DNA of 64,000 nucleotides from Patescibacteria group bacterium (GCA_050949505.1 JBMNFV010000001.1:286284-350283); one strand, 5' to 3'; numbered from the stretch's first letter, positions 17,348 through 27,981 are shown. The notes: a model not told the origin generated them from the letters alone. Program-made: numbers and translations.

Positions 17348-17695
17348 ATGACTAGGGCAGTCATCAAACTAAAAAGAATCTATGAGGAGCCAGCTAGCAA
17401 TGATGGTTTAAGAGTTTTAGTAGATCGTCTTTGGCCCCGAGGAGTTTTAAAAGAGCGAGCACAGCTAGATGCTTGGTTAAAAGAGCTAGCACCATCAACT
17501 GAGTTGCGACAATGGTTTAACCATGACCCAGAGAAGTGGCTAGAATTTAAAAAGCGTTATCGCCAGGAATTAAAAGATAGCCAAGTGTTAGAAGAGCTTC
17601 AAGAAATGATTAAGCAAAATAAAGTGATCACCCTTCTTTTTGCCGCTAAAGATGAAGCACATAATGAAGCGGTGGTGTTGAAAGAAATATTATAA
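17348..17695 (+). CDS. DUF488 family protein
   Basis: IKLKRIYEEPASNDGLRVLVDRLWPRGV..LDAWLKELAPSTELRQWFNHDPEKW. Confidence 0.88.
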   Translation: MTRAVIKLKRIYEEPASNDGLRVLVDRLWPRGVLKERAQLDAWLKELAPSTELRQWFNHDPEKWLEFKKRYRQELKDSQVLEELQEMIKQNKVITLLFAAKDEAHNEAVVLKEIL

Positions 17696-17881
17696 CAATA
17701 AAAAATAATATAATAATTAATTTGTTATGTTAAAAAATTTTGAATATTTAGGAACTATAGGTGAGCTGCAGTCTAATAATTACAATTGGAGAGAAGTTTC
17801 AAATTCCAAGGGTGTTTATGTGATGATTTTATAAAAATTTTATTAGATAAAAAATTTTATAAAAAAATAATATTTAAATTT

Positions 17882-18130
17882 ATGAAAAAAGAGTTAATTT
17901 TAAAAATTGTATTTTATTTAATCATTGCTTTATCGGTATTGTTTATTATTAATAAAATTAACAAATATTTAGATGCTAGAGTTCAGTATGAAAATATTGA
18001 GTGCCATAATAGGGCATATATAATTTATAAACAGCATGATGACCAAAATTATCAGGCAAAAAATCGAGATTGGTCTTTAAGAAATACCGAATGCTCACAA
18101 ATAGAAGCTAAATATCAAAGAGGATTCTAG
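17882..18130 (+). CDS. Small hypothetical single-TM protein
   Basis: MKKELILKIVFYLIIALSVLFIINKI...; start taken at the internal ATG. Confidence 0.5.
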   Translation: MKKELILKIVFYLIIALSVLFIINKINKYLDARVQYENIECHNRAYIIYKQHDDQNYQAKNRDWSLRNTECSQIEAKYQRGF

Positions 18131-18163
18131 CTTTAAAAATTTATAATTAATAAAAATAAAAAT

Positions 18164-18283
18164 ATGTTTTTTAACTGGTCTCTTATTATTAATATAGCTT
18201 TAGGAGTAATAATTGGAGGAGTATTTCTCTATATACTAAAAGATGTTGCAGAGTTTATTTTTGAATTAATGTTTGACAAATAA
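18164..18283 (+). CDS. Very small hypothetical TM protein (39 aa)
   Basis: Manual translation MFFNWSLIINIALGVIIGGVFLYILKDVAEFIFELMFDK*. Confidence 0.35.
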   Translation: MFFNWSLIINIALGVIIGGVFLYILKDVAEFIFELMFDK

Positions 18284-18527
18284 ATCAAAAAGAGCGACTC
18301 TAATTAGATTAATATAATAAACTCGTCTATAGATTAATTTGTAGCTTAACAGAGCTGTTAAACCTGAGTGATGCATATTGGATTCAATCTATAAATTATA
18401 AAAAATATAGCTTTTAAGTATTTAGCCAAGCACTTTAAGCTAAAAGCTGTTTAAAGGATTTAGTTGGATATAGAAACTTAGGTCAGGTAATTATTTGCTA
18501 AACAAATAGGAGCTATCTAAATCTTTT

Positions 18528-19238
18528 ATGCCCAACCCCCTTAATCCAGAAAACATAATCATAGGAATGTCCTTGCGGAAGGATGGGAATATGAGACTTT
18601 CGGAGCTGGAGAATAATGCCGAGAAAAACCGAGAGTCATTTTTTATTAACCAAGGAATAGAGACTAGGAAGGTTGTTTTTGCCAACCTAGTTCATGGCAG
18701 TCAGGTGAGGGTAGTTAGGCGGAGTGATAGGGGAAAGATTATGCCAGCTGGTGATGCCTTGATCACTGGAGATTTAGGAGTAGTTTTAGCCCTAACAGTG
18801 GCTGACTGTTTGCCTGTTTATTTCTATGACTTAAACAAGAAGGTGGTGGCAATTGCTCATGCTGGTTGGCGTAGTCTAAAGGCCGGAGTGATTAATAAGG
18901 TGATAGCTGAGTTTTTGATTAAGTTTGACTCAGAGGTTCAAGATATTATGATTCAGGTTGGTCCTCACATCCAAGCCTGTCATTTTGAGGTGAAGGAAGA
19001 TGTTGCTAAAGAGTTTAGTGAATATCCAGATCAGATTATTAATAAGGCGGGAAAGCGATACATTAACCTAGCTGGAGTAGTAGTGGAGCAGTTAGTGAAA
19101 CTAGGACTTAAAAGAGAGCAAATTAAGATTAGTCCTGACTGCACCTATTGCTTATCAGATAAGTATTTTTCCTATCGTCGTGATCGGTCTGAAGGACTGA
19201 AGACCATGCTGGTCTATATAGGAATGAGAGATAAATAA
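18528..19238 (+). CDS. YfiH/PgeF-type polyphenol oxidase (laccase-domain) family protein
   Basis: LVHGSQVRVV, ALTVADCLPVYFYD, IAHAGWRSLKAGV, VGPHIQACHFEV, PDCTYCLSDKYFSYRRD. Confidence 0.88.
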   Translation: MPNPLNPENIIIGMSLRKDGNMRLSELENNAEKNRESFFINQGIETRKVVFANLVHGSQVRVVRRSDRGKIMPAGDALITGDLGVVLALTVADCLPVYFYDLNKKVVAIAHAGWRSLKAGVINKVIAEFLIKFDSEVQDIMIQVGPHIQACHFEVKEDVAKEFSEYPDQIINKAGKRYINLAGVVVEQLVKLGLKREQIKISPDCTYCLSDKYFSYRRDRSEGLKTMLVYIGMRDK

Positions 19239-19257
19239 CCGTTGCCGGCTAGGCAAG

Positions 19258-19284
19258 AAGCATCATAAGTGATGCTTTTTTAAT
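19258..19284 (+). terminator. Intrinsic terminator
   Basis: AAGCATCA-taag-TGATGCTTTTTT. Confidence 0.75.
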
Positions 19285-19396
19285 AATGTTTTAACTTGTC
19301 TAAGTTGAGTTATTGGAGTAAATTTAAGCACAAGCATTAATTATGTGTTAAACTACCTAACAGTTAATTATTAAAGGAAAGACTTTAAGTTTTTTT

Positions 19397-21142
19397 ATGA
19401 AATCATTTATTAAGCATTTTAAGCCATTTCGGTTTAGTATTCTCTTATTACTACTCTTTACCCTAGGACAAACTTGGGCCAATTTAAGCTTACCAGATTA
19501 TTTAGCCAAGATAGTTAATGAGGGAATTATTAAGCAAAATATTCCCTTAGTTTATCGCTATGGCCTAATTATGTTAGCTTTTGCTCTAGTAGGAGGCTTG
19601 CTAACCATAGCAATAGGGTATCTATCCGCTCGGTTGGGAGCGAAATTTTCTCACCAGCTTCGTAATAAATTATTTACTAAAGTAGAGAATTTTTCTCTGG
19701 GGGAGTTTAATAAATTCTCTACCGCCTCATTGATCACTAGAAGTACTAATGATATTCAGCAAATCCAAACAGCAGTCATTATGACTTTTCGCATGGCGCT
19801 AATGGCCCCAGTAATGGGAGTCATTGCGATTGTTAAAGCCTATCAATTAGCTCCTGCTATGACCTGGATTATGGCTGCAGCTATTTTAGCCTTGTTAATA
19901 ATGATTAGCTTTATCTTTTGGCTCACTTTGCCAAAGTTTAAGAAAATTCAAGCCCTAGTGGACCGCCTTAACTTAATTACCAGAGAGATGCTTACCGGGC
20001 TACGGGTGATTAGAGCCTTTGGAAAAGAAAAATTAGAAGAAGAGCGCTTTGGGTCCAATAATCAGGAGCTGACTAAGATGAATCTAATCGTAAACCGACT
20101 GATGGCCATTATGCATCCCGGGATTACCTTCTTGCTAGGTCTAGCCATGGTGGCGGTTGTTTGGTTTGGAGCTAAACAGATAGACTTAGGCGTATTGCCA
20201 GTGGGGAATATGATGGCTTTTATGCAATATGTAATGCAGGCCATCTTTTCTTTCCAAATGATTTCCATGATGTTCATTATGATCCCCCGGGTTTCAGTTT
20301 CAATTAACCGAGTGGAAGAAGTCTTGCAAGCGGAGCCAGCCATAGTGGATTCTCCCAAGGCGACGGCTATTACTAAATTAAATGGGGCGATAGAATTTAA
20401 AAATGTTTCCTTTACCTACGAGGAAGCCGAGGAGCCAGTTTTAAAGAATATTTCTTTTATAGCGCAGCCAGGGGAGACCACCGCAATTATTGGCAGCACT
20501 GGTAGTGGTAAGTCTACTCTCATTCAGTTAATCCCTAGATTTTATGAGGCTAGTCAGGGCCAGGTTCTAATCAAGGGAATTGATGTTAAGGATATGCGTC
20601 AGCAGGAACTGCGAGAGCAAATTGCCTACATTCCTCAGAAAGCCATTCTTTTTTCGGGTGATATTTTAGAAAACATTAGTTATAGTGATGAAAAAATGTC
20701 TACCGAAAGAGTGGTTAAGTCCTTGGAGGTTGCCCAGGCTAGTGAGTTTGTTAATGAACTTGAGATGGGAATTAAGTCTAAAGTGGCCCAAGCGGGAGCC
20801 AACTTCTCCGGCGGGCAAAAGCAACGCCTAGCCATTGCTCGGGCTCTAGCTAAGTCAGCTGAGATTTATATTTTTGATGATAGCTTCTCAGCGCTAGACT
20901 TTAGGACAGATTTAAAATTAAGGCAGGAACTCAAGGATAGTCTTAAGGGAAAGACAGTCTTAATAGTCGCTCAACGGGTCAGCACTATTATGGAGGCCGA
21001 TAAAATTATTGTTTTAGACTCAGGAGAGCTAGTTAGTGAAGGCCGACATGAAGACTTGTTAGTCAGCTCGCCAATTTACCGAGAGATCGCTCTGTCGCAA
21101 TTATCAGCTGAAGAATTAGGCCTAGATCAAGAGAAAGAATAA
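19397..21142 (+). CDS. ABC exporter subunit, degenerate-site half of a heterodimer
   Basis: Walker A GSTGSGKST, SGGQKQR, Walker B IYIFDDSFSALD (Asp in place of catalytic Glu), 6-TM exporter domain. Confidence 0.88.
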   Translation: MKSFIKHFKPFRFSILLLLLFTLGQTWANLSLPDYLAKIVNEGIIKQNIPLVYRYGLIMLAFALVGGLLTIAIGYLSARLGAKFSHQLRNKLFTKVENFSLGEFNKFSTASLITRSTNDIQQIQTAVIMTFRMALMAPVMGVIAIVKAYQLAPAMTWIMAAAILALLIMISFIFWLTLPKFKKIQALVDRLNLITREMLTGLRVIRAFGKEKLEEERFGSNNQELTKMNLIVNRLMAIMHPGITFLLGLAMVAVVWFGAKQIDLGVLPVGNMMAFMQYVMQAIFSFQMISMMFIMIPRVSVSINRVEEVLQAEPAIVDSPKATAITKLNGAIEFKNVSFTYEEAEEPVLKNISFIAQPGETTAIIGSTGSGKSTLIQLIPRFYEASQGQVLIKGIDVKDMRQQELREQIAYIPQKAILFSGDILENISYSDEKMSTERVVKSLEVAQASEFVNELEMGIKSKVAQAGANFSGGQKQRLAIARALAKSAEIYIFDDSFSALDFRTDLKLRQELKDSLKGKTVLIVAQRVSTIMEADKIIVLDSGELVSEGRHEDLLVSSPIYREIALSQLSAEELGLDQEKE

Positions 21143-21143
21143 T

Positions 21144-22991
21144 ATGAACAAGCAAACAAATTCTAAACATAAACCAACTAGCCCGCAGTTTACGCTTAGA
21201 AGGGGGCACGGAATTTCGGGTCCAGCCGAGAAGCCCAAGGACTTTAAGGGAACCATGCAGAGTTTATTAAAACGACTGCGATCTTATCGCTTAGCAATTA
21301 TTGGCGTTATTGTCTTAGCCTTAGCAAGCACTATTTTTTCTATTATCAGTCCTAAGATTCTCGGAGATATTACTAACACAATAGTTAGCGGTCAGTCTGG
21401 GTCGGGAATAGCGTTTGGCAGAATATTAAGCTTAGTTAAATTATTATTAACTCTCTATCTCCTTAGCTTAGGGACTGGATATTTGCATCGCTGGTTAATG
21501 GCGGGGGTAACTCAAAAGATCACCTTTAGTCTGCGCCATGATATTGCGGCAAAAATTAATCGCCTGCCGCTTAGCTATTATGACCGACAGACTCACGGAG
21601 AGATCTTAAGTCGGGTGACTAATGATGTGGATACAGTTAGTCAGTCACTAGACCAAAGTCTCACTCAGCTAGTCTCAGCCATGACCACATTAGTTGGGGT
21701 AATAGTGATGATGTTTTTAATTAGCTGGCAACTAAGCTTAGTGGCCCTAATTGTTATGCCGCTGGGCTTCTTATTTGTTAAGTTTGTGATCAAACGTTCG
21801 CAAAAACAATTCTTACGTCAGCAGCGATATTTGGGAGAAATAAATGGCCATATTGAAGAAATGTTTTCTGGTCACTTAGTCGTTAAAGCCTATAACGGTG
21901 AGGAGCGCTCCATTAGAGCCTTTAAGAAGATTAATGATCAGCTACAAGACAGTGCCTGGAAGTCTCAATTCTTTTCTGGCCTATTAATGCCAGTGATGAA
22001 CTTTATTGGCAATCTAGGCTATGTGGCAGTGGCGGTCTTAGGAGCTTGGTTAACCCTTCAGGGACGACTAAGCATCGGCGGAATCCAAGCCTTCATTCAA
22101 TACCTTAGACAATTTAATCACCCCATTGCTCAAACTGCCAATATTGCTAATGTCTTGCAATCAACGGCTGCGGCCGCTGAACGAGTGTTTGAGTTTTTAT
22201 CAGAGCCCGAGCAAGAGGCTGAGGTTAGCGAACCCTTATCAGTTGGTCAAATTAGGGGACAGGTGGAGTTTGATCAGGTTAATTTCTCCTATCTTGCTGG
22301 TGAGCCAGTGATTAAGGATTTTTCAATTAATATTCAACCCGGGCAACGGGTAGCGATAGTTGGTCCTACGGGAGCTGGCAAGACCACTCTAGTTAATTTG
22401 CTAATGCGCTTTTATGAGCTAGATAGCGGGGAAATTAGAATTGATGGTTTGGATATTAAACAACTAAAACGTTCGGACCTTAGGTCTTTGTTTGGCATGG
22501 TGCTACAAGATGCTTGGTTGTTTAAAGGGACCATTAAAGAAAATATTGCTTATGGCCGAGCCGAGGCTAGTACTGAAGAAATTTATCAAGCTGCGATCAC
22601 CGCTCGGGCTGATCATTTCATTAGAACCCTGCCCGATGCCTATAATCTAATAATTAACGAAGAGGCGGATAATATTTCTCAGGGAGAAAAGCAATTAATT
22701 ACCATTGCTCGGGCGATGTTAACTGCTGCTCCGATTTTAATTCTTGATGAGGCCACTAGTTCAGTGGATACGCGAACAGAAATATTAATTCAAGAAGCGA
22801 TGGAGAGACTAATGAAGGGCCGAACTAGTTTTGTGATTGCGCATCGGCTCTCAACTATTAAAAATGCTGACCTAATTCTAATGATAGAGGAGGGACGAGT
22901 GGTGGAGCAGGGCAGTCACCAGGAATTATTAGCCAAACAAGGAGCATATGCGGCGCTCTATTATAGTCAATTTGCTCTTCAGGCTAATTGA
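21144..22991 (+). CDS. ABC exporter subunit, canonical-site half
   Basis: Walker A GPTGAGKTT, ISQGEKQLITIARAM, LILDEATSSVD. Confidence 0.88.
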   Translation: MNKQTNSKHKPTSPQFTLRRGHGISGPAEKPKDFKGTMQSLLKRLRSYRLAIIGVIVLALASTIFSIISPKILGDITNTIVSGQSGSGIAFGRILSLVKLLLTLYLLSLGTGYLHRWLMAGVTQKITFSLRHDIAAKINRLPLSYYDRQTHGEILSRVTNDVDTVSQSLDQSLTQLVSAMTTLVGVIVMMFLISWQLSLVALIVMPLGFLFVKFVIKRSQKQFLRQQRYLGEINGHIEEMFSGHLVVKAYNGEERSIRAFKKINDQLQDSAWKSQFFSGLLMPVMNFIGNLGYVAVAVLGAWLTLQGRLSIGGIQAFIQYLRQFNHPIAQTANIANVLQSTAAAAERVFEFLSEPEQEAEVSEPLSVGQIRGQVEFDQVNFSYLAGEPVIKDFSINIQPGQRVAIVGPTGAGKTTLVNLLMRFYELDSGEIRIDGLDIKQLKRSDLRSLFGMVLQDAWLFKGTIKENIAYGRAEASTEEIYQAAITARADHFIRTLPDAYNLIINEEADNISQGEKQLITIARAMLTAAPILILDEATSSVDTRTEILIQEAMERLMKGRTSFVIAHRLSTIKNADLILMIEEGRVVEQGSHQELLAKQGAYAALYYSQFALQAN

Positions 22992-23048
22992 TAATCAGGG
23001 CAAATAGTGATAAACTAAAGGTGATTTTATTATTAATTAATAATAACT

Positions 23049-25361
23049 ATGGATCAAGCTAATTTATCAACACATCCAGTAGAAACGCCACCAGAGCCTA
23101 GGGCTAAAAAGTACTGGGGCCTAGGGCTAGCTATTGGGGGAGCGGTGCTTTTATTAGCGATTGCTTCTTTTTTTGCCATTACCAGAAATCAAGGCCTATT
23201 TAAGCAAGAGCAGGCCGAGCCGGAAGTTTCTTCAGAAATTATTGTAGAAATAACTGAGGAGGAAGAGGAATTAATAGAGTTAGAGATTAATCCACTCGCT
23301 AATCAATTTGCTCCCTATAATTTACAGACTATCAAAGTTAATCCCGCTATCCCTAAATATCCCCTGGAATCTAATTTAAGTAATATTACTAATTTAGGGC
23401 AATTCTATTTATCAGACCAAGACAAGGAGATGTTGGCGAGAAATCAGTTTATAGTTCGGCCAGACACTTATTCAGAATTTTTCCCGCTATATGAATCTAA
23501 TCGGTATAACAAGATTCCTAGCTTTATTACCACCGACTCTATTTTACATAACTACCATTTGCTCTTTGACTTCTTGCTTAAGCAGTTAGAGGAGCAAAAA
23601 TTATCAGCTGGACTAAAAAAGTTAAGTCAACAAATGTTTGCCAGTGCCCTTGATCAATACAAGACACTACAAGGGACCACTTGGGAAGAGGAGGCTAGGA
23701 GAAATGTGGCCTTCTTTGCCGTAGGCAACAAGCTTTTAGACCCCGAGTTTGTTATCCCTAGCTTGGTAGCTACCGAAGTTAATCAAGAATTAGAGGCCAT
23801 TAACAAACATGAAGACTTAAAAGGTTCTCCGGTGATGAAAGGTTCAACTGATGAAGTATACTTAGAAGACTACACACAGTATATTCCCCGAGGACACTAT
23901 ACTAAGTCAGAAGAGCTAGAAAGATATTTCCGCACAATGATGTGGTACGGAAGATTTACCTTTATTTCAGATAGAGACAGCCAGCTAAAGTCAGCCCTAT
24001 TAATGACTCTCGCTTTAGACGAAGAGGCTAACTTATCTCAATGGAAAAAGCTTTACGAGCCAATTAATTTCTTTGTTGGCAAAAGTGATGACCTCACCTA
24101 CGAGCAAATGATTGGCCTAATTACTCAAGTCTATGGCGAAGAGCAGGATTTGGTGAAAATTAGTCAAGATCAAGCTAGCTTTAGCAGATTTTCTGAGGCG
24201 GTAAATAAATTAGAAGGTCCAAAGATTAACTCTATTCCCATATTTATTGCCTCTTTGGACTCTGATCGTGAAGCGCTAATTAAGGGCTTCAGATTTATGG
24301 GGCAACGCTTTACAGTTGATGCGGAGATTTTCCAGCGCCTAATCACCCGAGAGGTCGGCCCGAAAGGGGGATCTTGCGAGGATGCTCCCTTTGATGAGGG
24401 GCGTATGTTGCCTCAAGGGCTAGATATTCCTGCGGCCCTTGGCTCATCTGAAGCAGAGGCAATTTTAGAGAGTCAGGGAGAAAAAGATTATGCTTGCTAT
24501 CCTGAAAATCTAAGCAAGCTTCAGGTTTATTTAAAAGAATTACCGGAGAATCATTGGCAGCAAAACCTCTACTGGGGCTGGCTATATCAATTACGACCAT
24601 TATTGGAAGAGAGAGGTGAGGGCTATCCAGTCTTTATGCAAAGTTCAGCTTGGACTAGAAAGAGTTTGAGTGCCTTTTTAGGCAGTTGGGCTGAGCTGAA
24701 GCACGATACAATTCTTTATGCCAAGCAAGTCTATGCTGAGTTTGGAGGAGGTTTTCCTCCTGATAATGATGACCGAGGTTATGTTGAACCAAACCCGGAG
24801 GTTTATGCCCGGCTTAGTGCTCTGTTAGAAATGACTATTTCTGGCCTAGAGTCTCGGGACCTGCTAGTTTCAGATCAGAAAGATAATCTCTTATTAATGA
24901 AACAATTAGCCGACTCTTTGCGAGTGATCTCTGAAAAAGAATTAGCCAATGAGAGTTTAAGTGAGGAGGAGTATGAGCTAATTCGTTCTTATGGTGGACA
25001 ACTAGAACATATTTGGTTAGAGATTAATAAAAATGAGCCGGAGTTCATTAACTCTACTGGTGCCAGAGATTATCTCGATCAGAATCCGGCCGCCGTTATC
25101 ACTGATGTCGCTACTGACCCTAATGGGGCAGTATTAGAGGTGGGAGTGGGTAATATTTTCCAGATTCTGGCTATCGTTCCCATTGAGGGACAGCTGCGCT
25201 TAGCTAAGGGAGGGGTTTTCTCCTATTACGAATTCCCCTGGTCAATGAATGACCGCTTAACTAATGAAAAATGGCGAGCGATGATTCGGCCAGATAGCAA
25301 TGTTCCATTGCCAAAATTACCTCAGTGGACTAGTGCGTATCTAGTTAGTAGCCAAGAATAA
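23049..25361 (+). CDS. DUF3160 family membrane-anchored protein
   Basis: N-terminal TM, YESNRYNKIPSFITTDSILHNYHLLFDFLLKQLE, LLEMTISGLESRDL; matches DUF3160-type composition. Confidence 0.8.
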   Translation: MDQANLSTHPVETPPEPRAKKYWGLGLAIGGAVLLLAIASFFAITRNQGLFKQEQAEPEVSSEIIVEITEEEEELIELEINPLANQFAPYNLQTIKVNPAIPKYPLESNLSNITNLGQFYLSDQDKEMLARNQFIVRPDTYSEFFPLYESNRYNKIPSFITTDSILHNYHLLFDFLLKQLEEQKLSAGLKKLSQQMFASALDQYKTLQGTTWEEEARRNVAFFAVGNKLLDPEFVIPSLVATEVNQELEAINKHEDLKGSPVMKGSTDEVYLEDYTQYIPRGHYTKSEELERYFRTMMWYGRFTFISDRDSQLKSALLMTLALDEEANLSQWKKLYEPINFFVGKSDDLTYEQMIGLITQVYGEEQDLVKISQDQASFSRFSEAVNKLEGPKINSIPIFIASLDSDREALIKGFRFMGQRFTVDAEIFQRLITREVGPKGGSCEDAPFDEGRMLPQGLDIPAALGSSEAEAILESQGEKDYACYPENLSKLQVYLKELPENHWQQNLYWGWLYQLRPLLEERGEGYPVFMQSSAWTRKSLSAFLGSWAELKHDTILYAKQVYAEFGGGFPPDNDDRGYVEPNPEVYARLSALLEMTISGLESRDLLVSDQKDNLLLMKQLADSLRVISEKELANESLSEEEYELIRSYGGQLEHIWLEINKNEPEFINSTGARDYLDQNPAAVITDVATDPNGAVLEVGVGNIFQILAIVPIEGQLRLAKGGVFSYYEFPWSMNDRLTNEKWRAMIRPDSNVPLPKLPQWTSAYLVSSQE

Positions 25362-25369
25362 TTAAGTCA

Positions 25370-27079
25370 ATGCTAATTAAAAAGAATAACTGGATAATTA
25401 ACTTACTCCTCCTAGGCTTAATTATAGCCCTAGTCTTTGGTCTAGTTATTTCTAATCAACATCAAGAAGACTTAGAAATTAATTCAGAAGAGCAGGGGAG
25501 TTTGCTTAGTTTAGAATATCCCAACCCTGAACCCAGGATCACCCTGTTAGCAGTGGGTGACCTTTCTTTTTCTCGGGGAGTGGAGATGATGATGGATAGA
25601 AACGATGACCTGTACTACCCTTTTCGGCAGTTAGAAGGATTTTTTCAATCAGCCGATTTAAGTTTCGCTAACTTAGAAAGCCCTCTCACTCCGGGTCGGG
25701 TAATTCAAAGTGGAGAAATGATTTTTAGAGGCAAGTCAGAGATGGCTGAAGTTCTAGCAACTTTGGGAATAGATATTGTTTCTTTAGCTAATAATCATAC
25801 TCCCAACTTTGGAGAAAAAGGACTTAAGGATACCTTTAATAGCTTAACCGACTCAGGAGTTCTTTATGTTGGCGCCGGAGAAACTGACCAGGCGGCTTAT
25901 GCTCCAGTCTATTTAAGCAAGAGCGGCTTGACCTTAGCCTTTATCGCTCACAATGATAGTGATGTGGTGCCGGCTAGTTATCGGGCGAGTAGTGATCGAG
26001 CCGGAACAGCGCTAATGGATAAAGAGCGCTTGCAGGCCGCGATTTTGGAAGCTAAAGAAAAAGCAGACCTGATTATTGTCTCTCTCCATTCAGGAACAGA
26101 ATATGTCCCCCAGCCTAATAGTCGGCAAACAGACTTTGCCCGAGCGGCCATTGACTACGGAGCGGACTTAGTAATTGGCCATCATCCTCATGTGGTACAA
26201 ACCATGGAGCAGTATCAAGGGAAATATATTTTCTATAGCTTAGGTAATTTTGTTTTTGACCAGTCTTGGTCTCAAGAAACTAAAGAAGGCTTGGCGATAG
26301 AGCTAAAACTTAGTCGGCAAGGGGTAATTGAAGTCTATTTCTGGCCAGTGGTGATGGAAAAATTAGCGCAACCACGACTAGCTAAGTCAGCGGAAGCTGA
26401 GAAGATTTTAGCTAGATTGGCTTATCCTCTTGATTTACAGCCCCTTTATTATTGGGATGGTGAAAAGGAAATAGAAACAGTGATTGGCTATTTAAGGGAG
26501 TCTGAAGAGACTAGCAAAGAAGAGTTGGGCAAGTTAGTAAGGGCTGACTTAGATCAGGATGGGATCATTGAAGACTATTTATTATCCGCGGGACAACTGC
26601 AGATAATTAAAGAAGGTCAAATTATTTGGCAATCTCCAGAGGACTGGCAGATTGATGACTTTCAGTTAGCGGATATTAATAATGATGGGGTAGTAGATAT
26701 TAACTTATCGCTATGGAAGCCTGGTAGCTTTGCCAGCTCGCAACCTTTTTGGTTGGCAGAAAACGACTTGAGGGTTAAAAATCATTTCTTTGTCTTAGAC
26801 TACAATCAAGGAGATCCCCAGCCTCTTTGGGGTTCATCAAACTTAGAGCAAGCCAATTGTCAGTTTATAGTCCAAGATTTAGATGGCGATGGTTTTCCTG
26901 AATTATTGACAGTAGAGGGGGAGTATCAAGAGGGGACTGAGTGTCAGGGTAAGTATTTAGCTATTTGGCGCTGGAATGGTTGGGGCTTTGCTAATGAGTG
27001 GCGTAGTGAGGCGGGGGAATTTAAGGACTTAATACTCAAGACAGTTAATCAACAAACATACTTTACCGCCACTAATTAG
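25370..27079 (+). CDS. CapA-family (PgsA-like) metallophosphoesterase-fold protein with C-terminal FG-GAP-like region
   Basis: LLAVGDLSFSRGVE, FANLESPLT, SLANNHTPNFGEKG, DLVIGHHPHVVQ; C-terminal DINNDGVVDI, DLDGDGFPELL. Confidence 0.85.
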   Translation: MLIKKNNWIINLLLLGLIIALVFGLVISNQHQEDLEINSEEQGSLLSLEYPNPEPRITLLAVGDLSFSRGVEMMMDRNDDLYYPFRQLEGFFQSADLSFANLESPLTPGRVIQSGEMIFRGKSEMAEVLATLGIDIVSLANNHTPNFGEKGLKDTFNSLTDSGVLYVGAGETDQAAYAPVYLSKSGLTLAFIAHNDSDVVPASYRASSDRAGTALMDKERLQAAILEAKEKADLIIVSLHSGTEYVPQPNSRQTDFARAAIDYGADLVIGHHPHVVQTMEQYQGKYIFYSLGNFVFDQSWSQETKEGLAIELKLSRQGVIEVYFWPVVMEKLAQPRLAKSAEAEKILARLAYPLDLQPLYYWDGEKEIETVIGYLRESEETSKEELGKLVRADLDQDGIIEDYLLSAGQLQIIKEGQIIWQSPEDWQIDDFQLADINNDGVVDINLSLWKPGSFASSQPFWLAENDLRVKNHFFVLDYNQGDPQPLWGSSNLEQANCQFIVQDLDGDGFPELLTVEGEYQEGTECQGKYLAIWRWNGWGFANEWRSEAGEFKDLILKTVNQQTYFTATN

Positions 27080-27144
27080 TAGTTATCAAAAGTGGAAATA
27101 TATGCTAAGCTATCAGTAGCTTAATTAATTATTATATAAAATTT

Positions 27145-27885
27145 ATGAAATTAACTGGTAAAACTGCCATTGTCACTGGAGCTAAGCAAGGCATCGGTAA
27201 GGGAATTGCTTTGGCCCTAGCTCAAGCGGGCGCCAAGGTAGTAGTCTCAGACCTAGACTTAACAGAGAGTCAATTAGTGGTAGACGAAATTATTGCCCAA
27301 GGAGGAGAGGCCTTAGCAGTTAAATGTGATGTTACTAAAAAAGAAGAAATTGAGGCAATGATCACCCAGACTAAAGAGACTTTTCAGTCGGTAGATATTC
27401 TGGTTAATAACGCTGGAGTCTTTCCCGCTAAGAGCTTTACGGAAATGAGTGAAGCTGATTGGGATTGGGTAATGAACATTAATGTTAAGGGTGTTTTTCT
27501 CTGCACCCAAGAGGCCTTAAAGGTCATGCCAGATGGCGGACGAATTATTAATATCTCATCTATTGCCGGCACGATTGGTTTCCCAGGCTTAACTCACTAC
27601 TGTGCTTCTAAGGGAGCGGTAAATTCTTTGGCTCGGGCCTTAGCCCTAGAGCTAGCCCCTCGTCAGATTACGGTTAACAATGTTGCTCCAGGAGCGATTG
27701 AGACGCCGGGAGCGAGTGGTGCTCAAGATGAGCAAACTAAGCAGCAAACTACTTTAGCCATTCCTTTAGCTCGTCAAGGAGAACCAGCCGATATTGCTCA
27801 GGCGGTTGTCTATTTAGCCTCTCCAGGAGCTAACTATGTGACCGGGCAAACAATTACCGTTGATGGCGGCTGGACGGTGCAATAA
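27145..27885 (+). CDS. SDR-family oxidoreductase (3-oxoacyl-ACP reductase-like)
   Basis: TGxxxGIG motif TGAKQGIGKG, NNAG, YCASKG. Confidence 0.9.
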   Translation: MKLTGKTAIVTGAKQGIGKGIALALAQAGAKVVVSDLDLTESQLVVDEIIAQGGEALAVKCDVTKKEEIEAMITQTKETFQSVDILVNNAGVFPAKSFTEMSEADWDWVMNINVKGVFLCTQEALKVMPDGGRIINISSIAGTIGFPGLTHYCASKGAVNSLARALALELAPRQITVNNVAPGAIETPGASGAQDEQTKQQTTLAIPLARQGEPADIAQAVVYLASPGANYVTGQTITVDGGWTVQ

Positions 27886-27908
27886 ATTACTACAAAGATT
27901 AGCCTATT

Positions 27909-27933
27909 TAAAAACCGACTTAGTCGGTTTTTG
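27909..27933 (+). terminator. Intrinsic terminator
   Basis: AAAAACCGACT-TAGTCGGTTTTT. Confidence 0.75.
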
Positions 27934-27981
27934 CTTAGTCTAATTTATGATAAAATAGTCTTGTTAGCAATAAGATGATTT

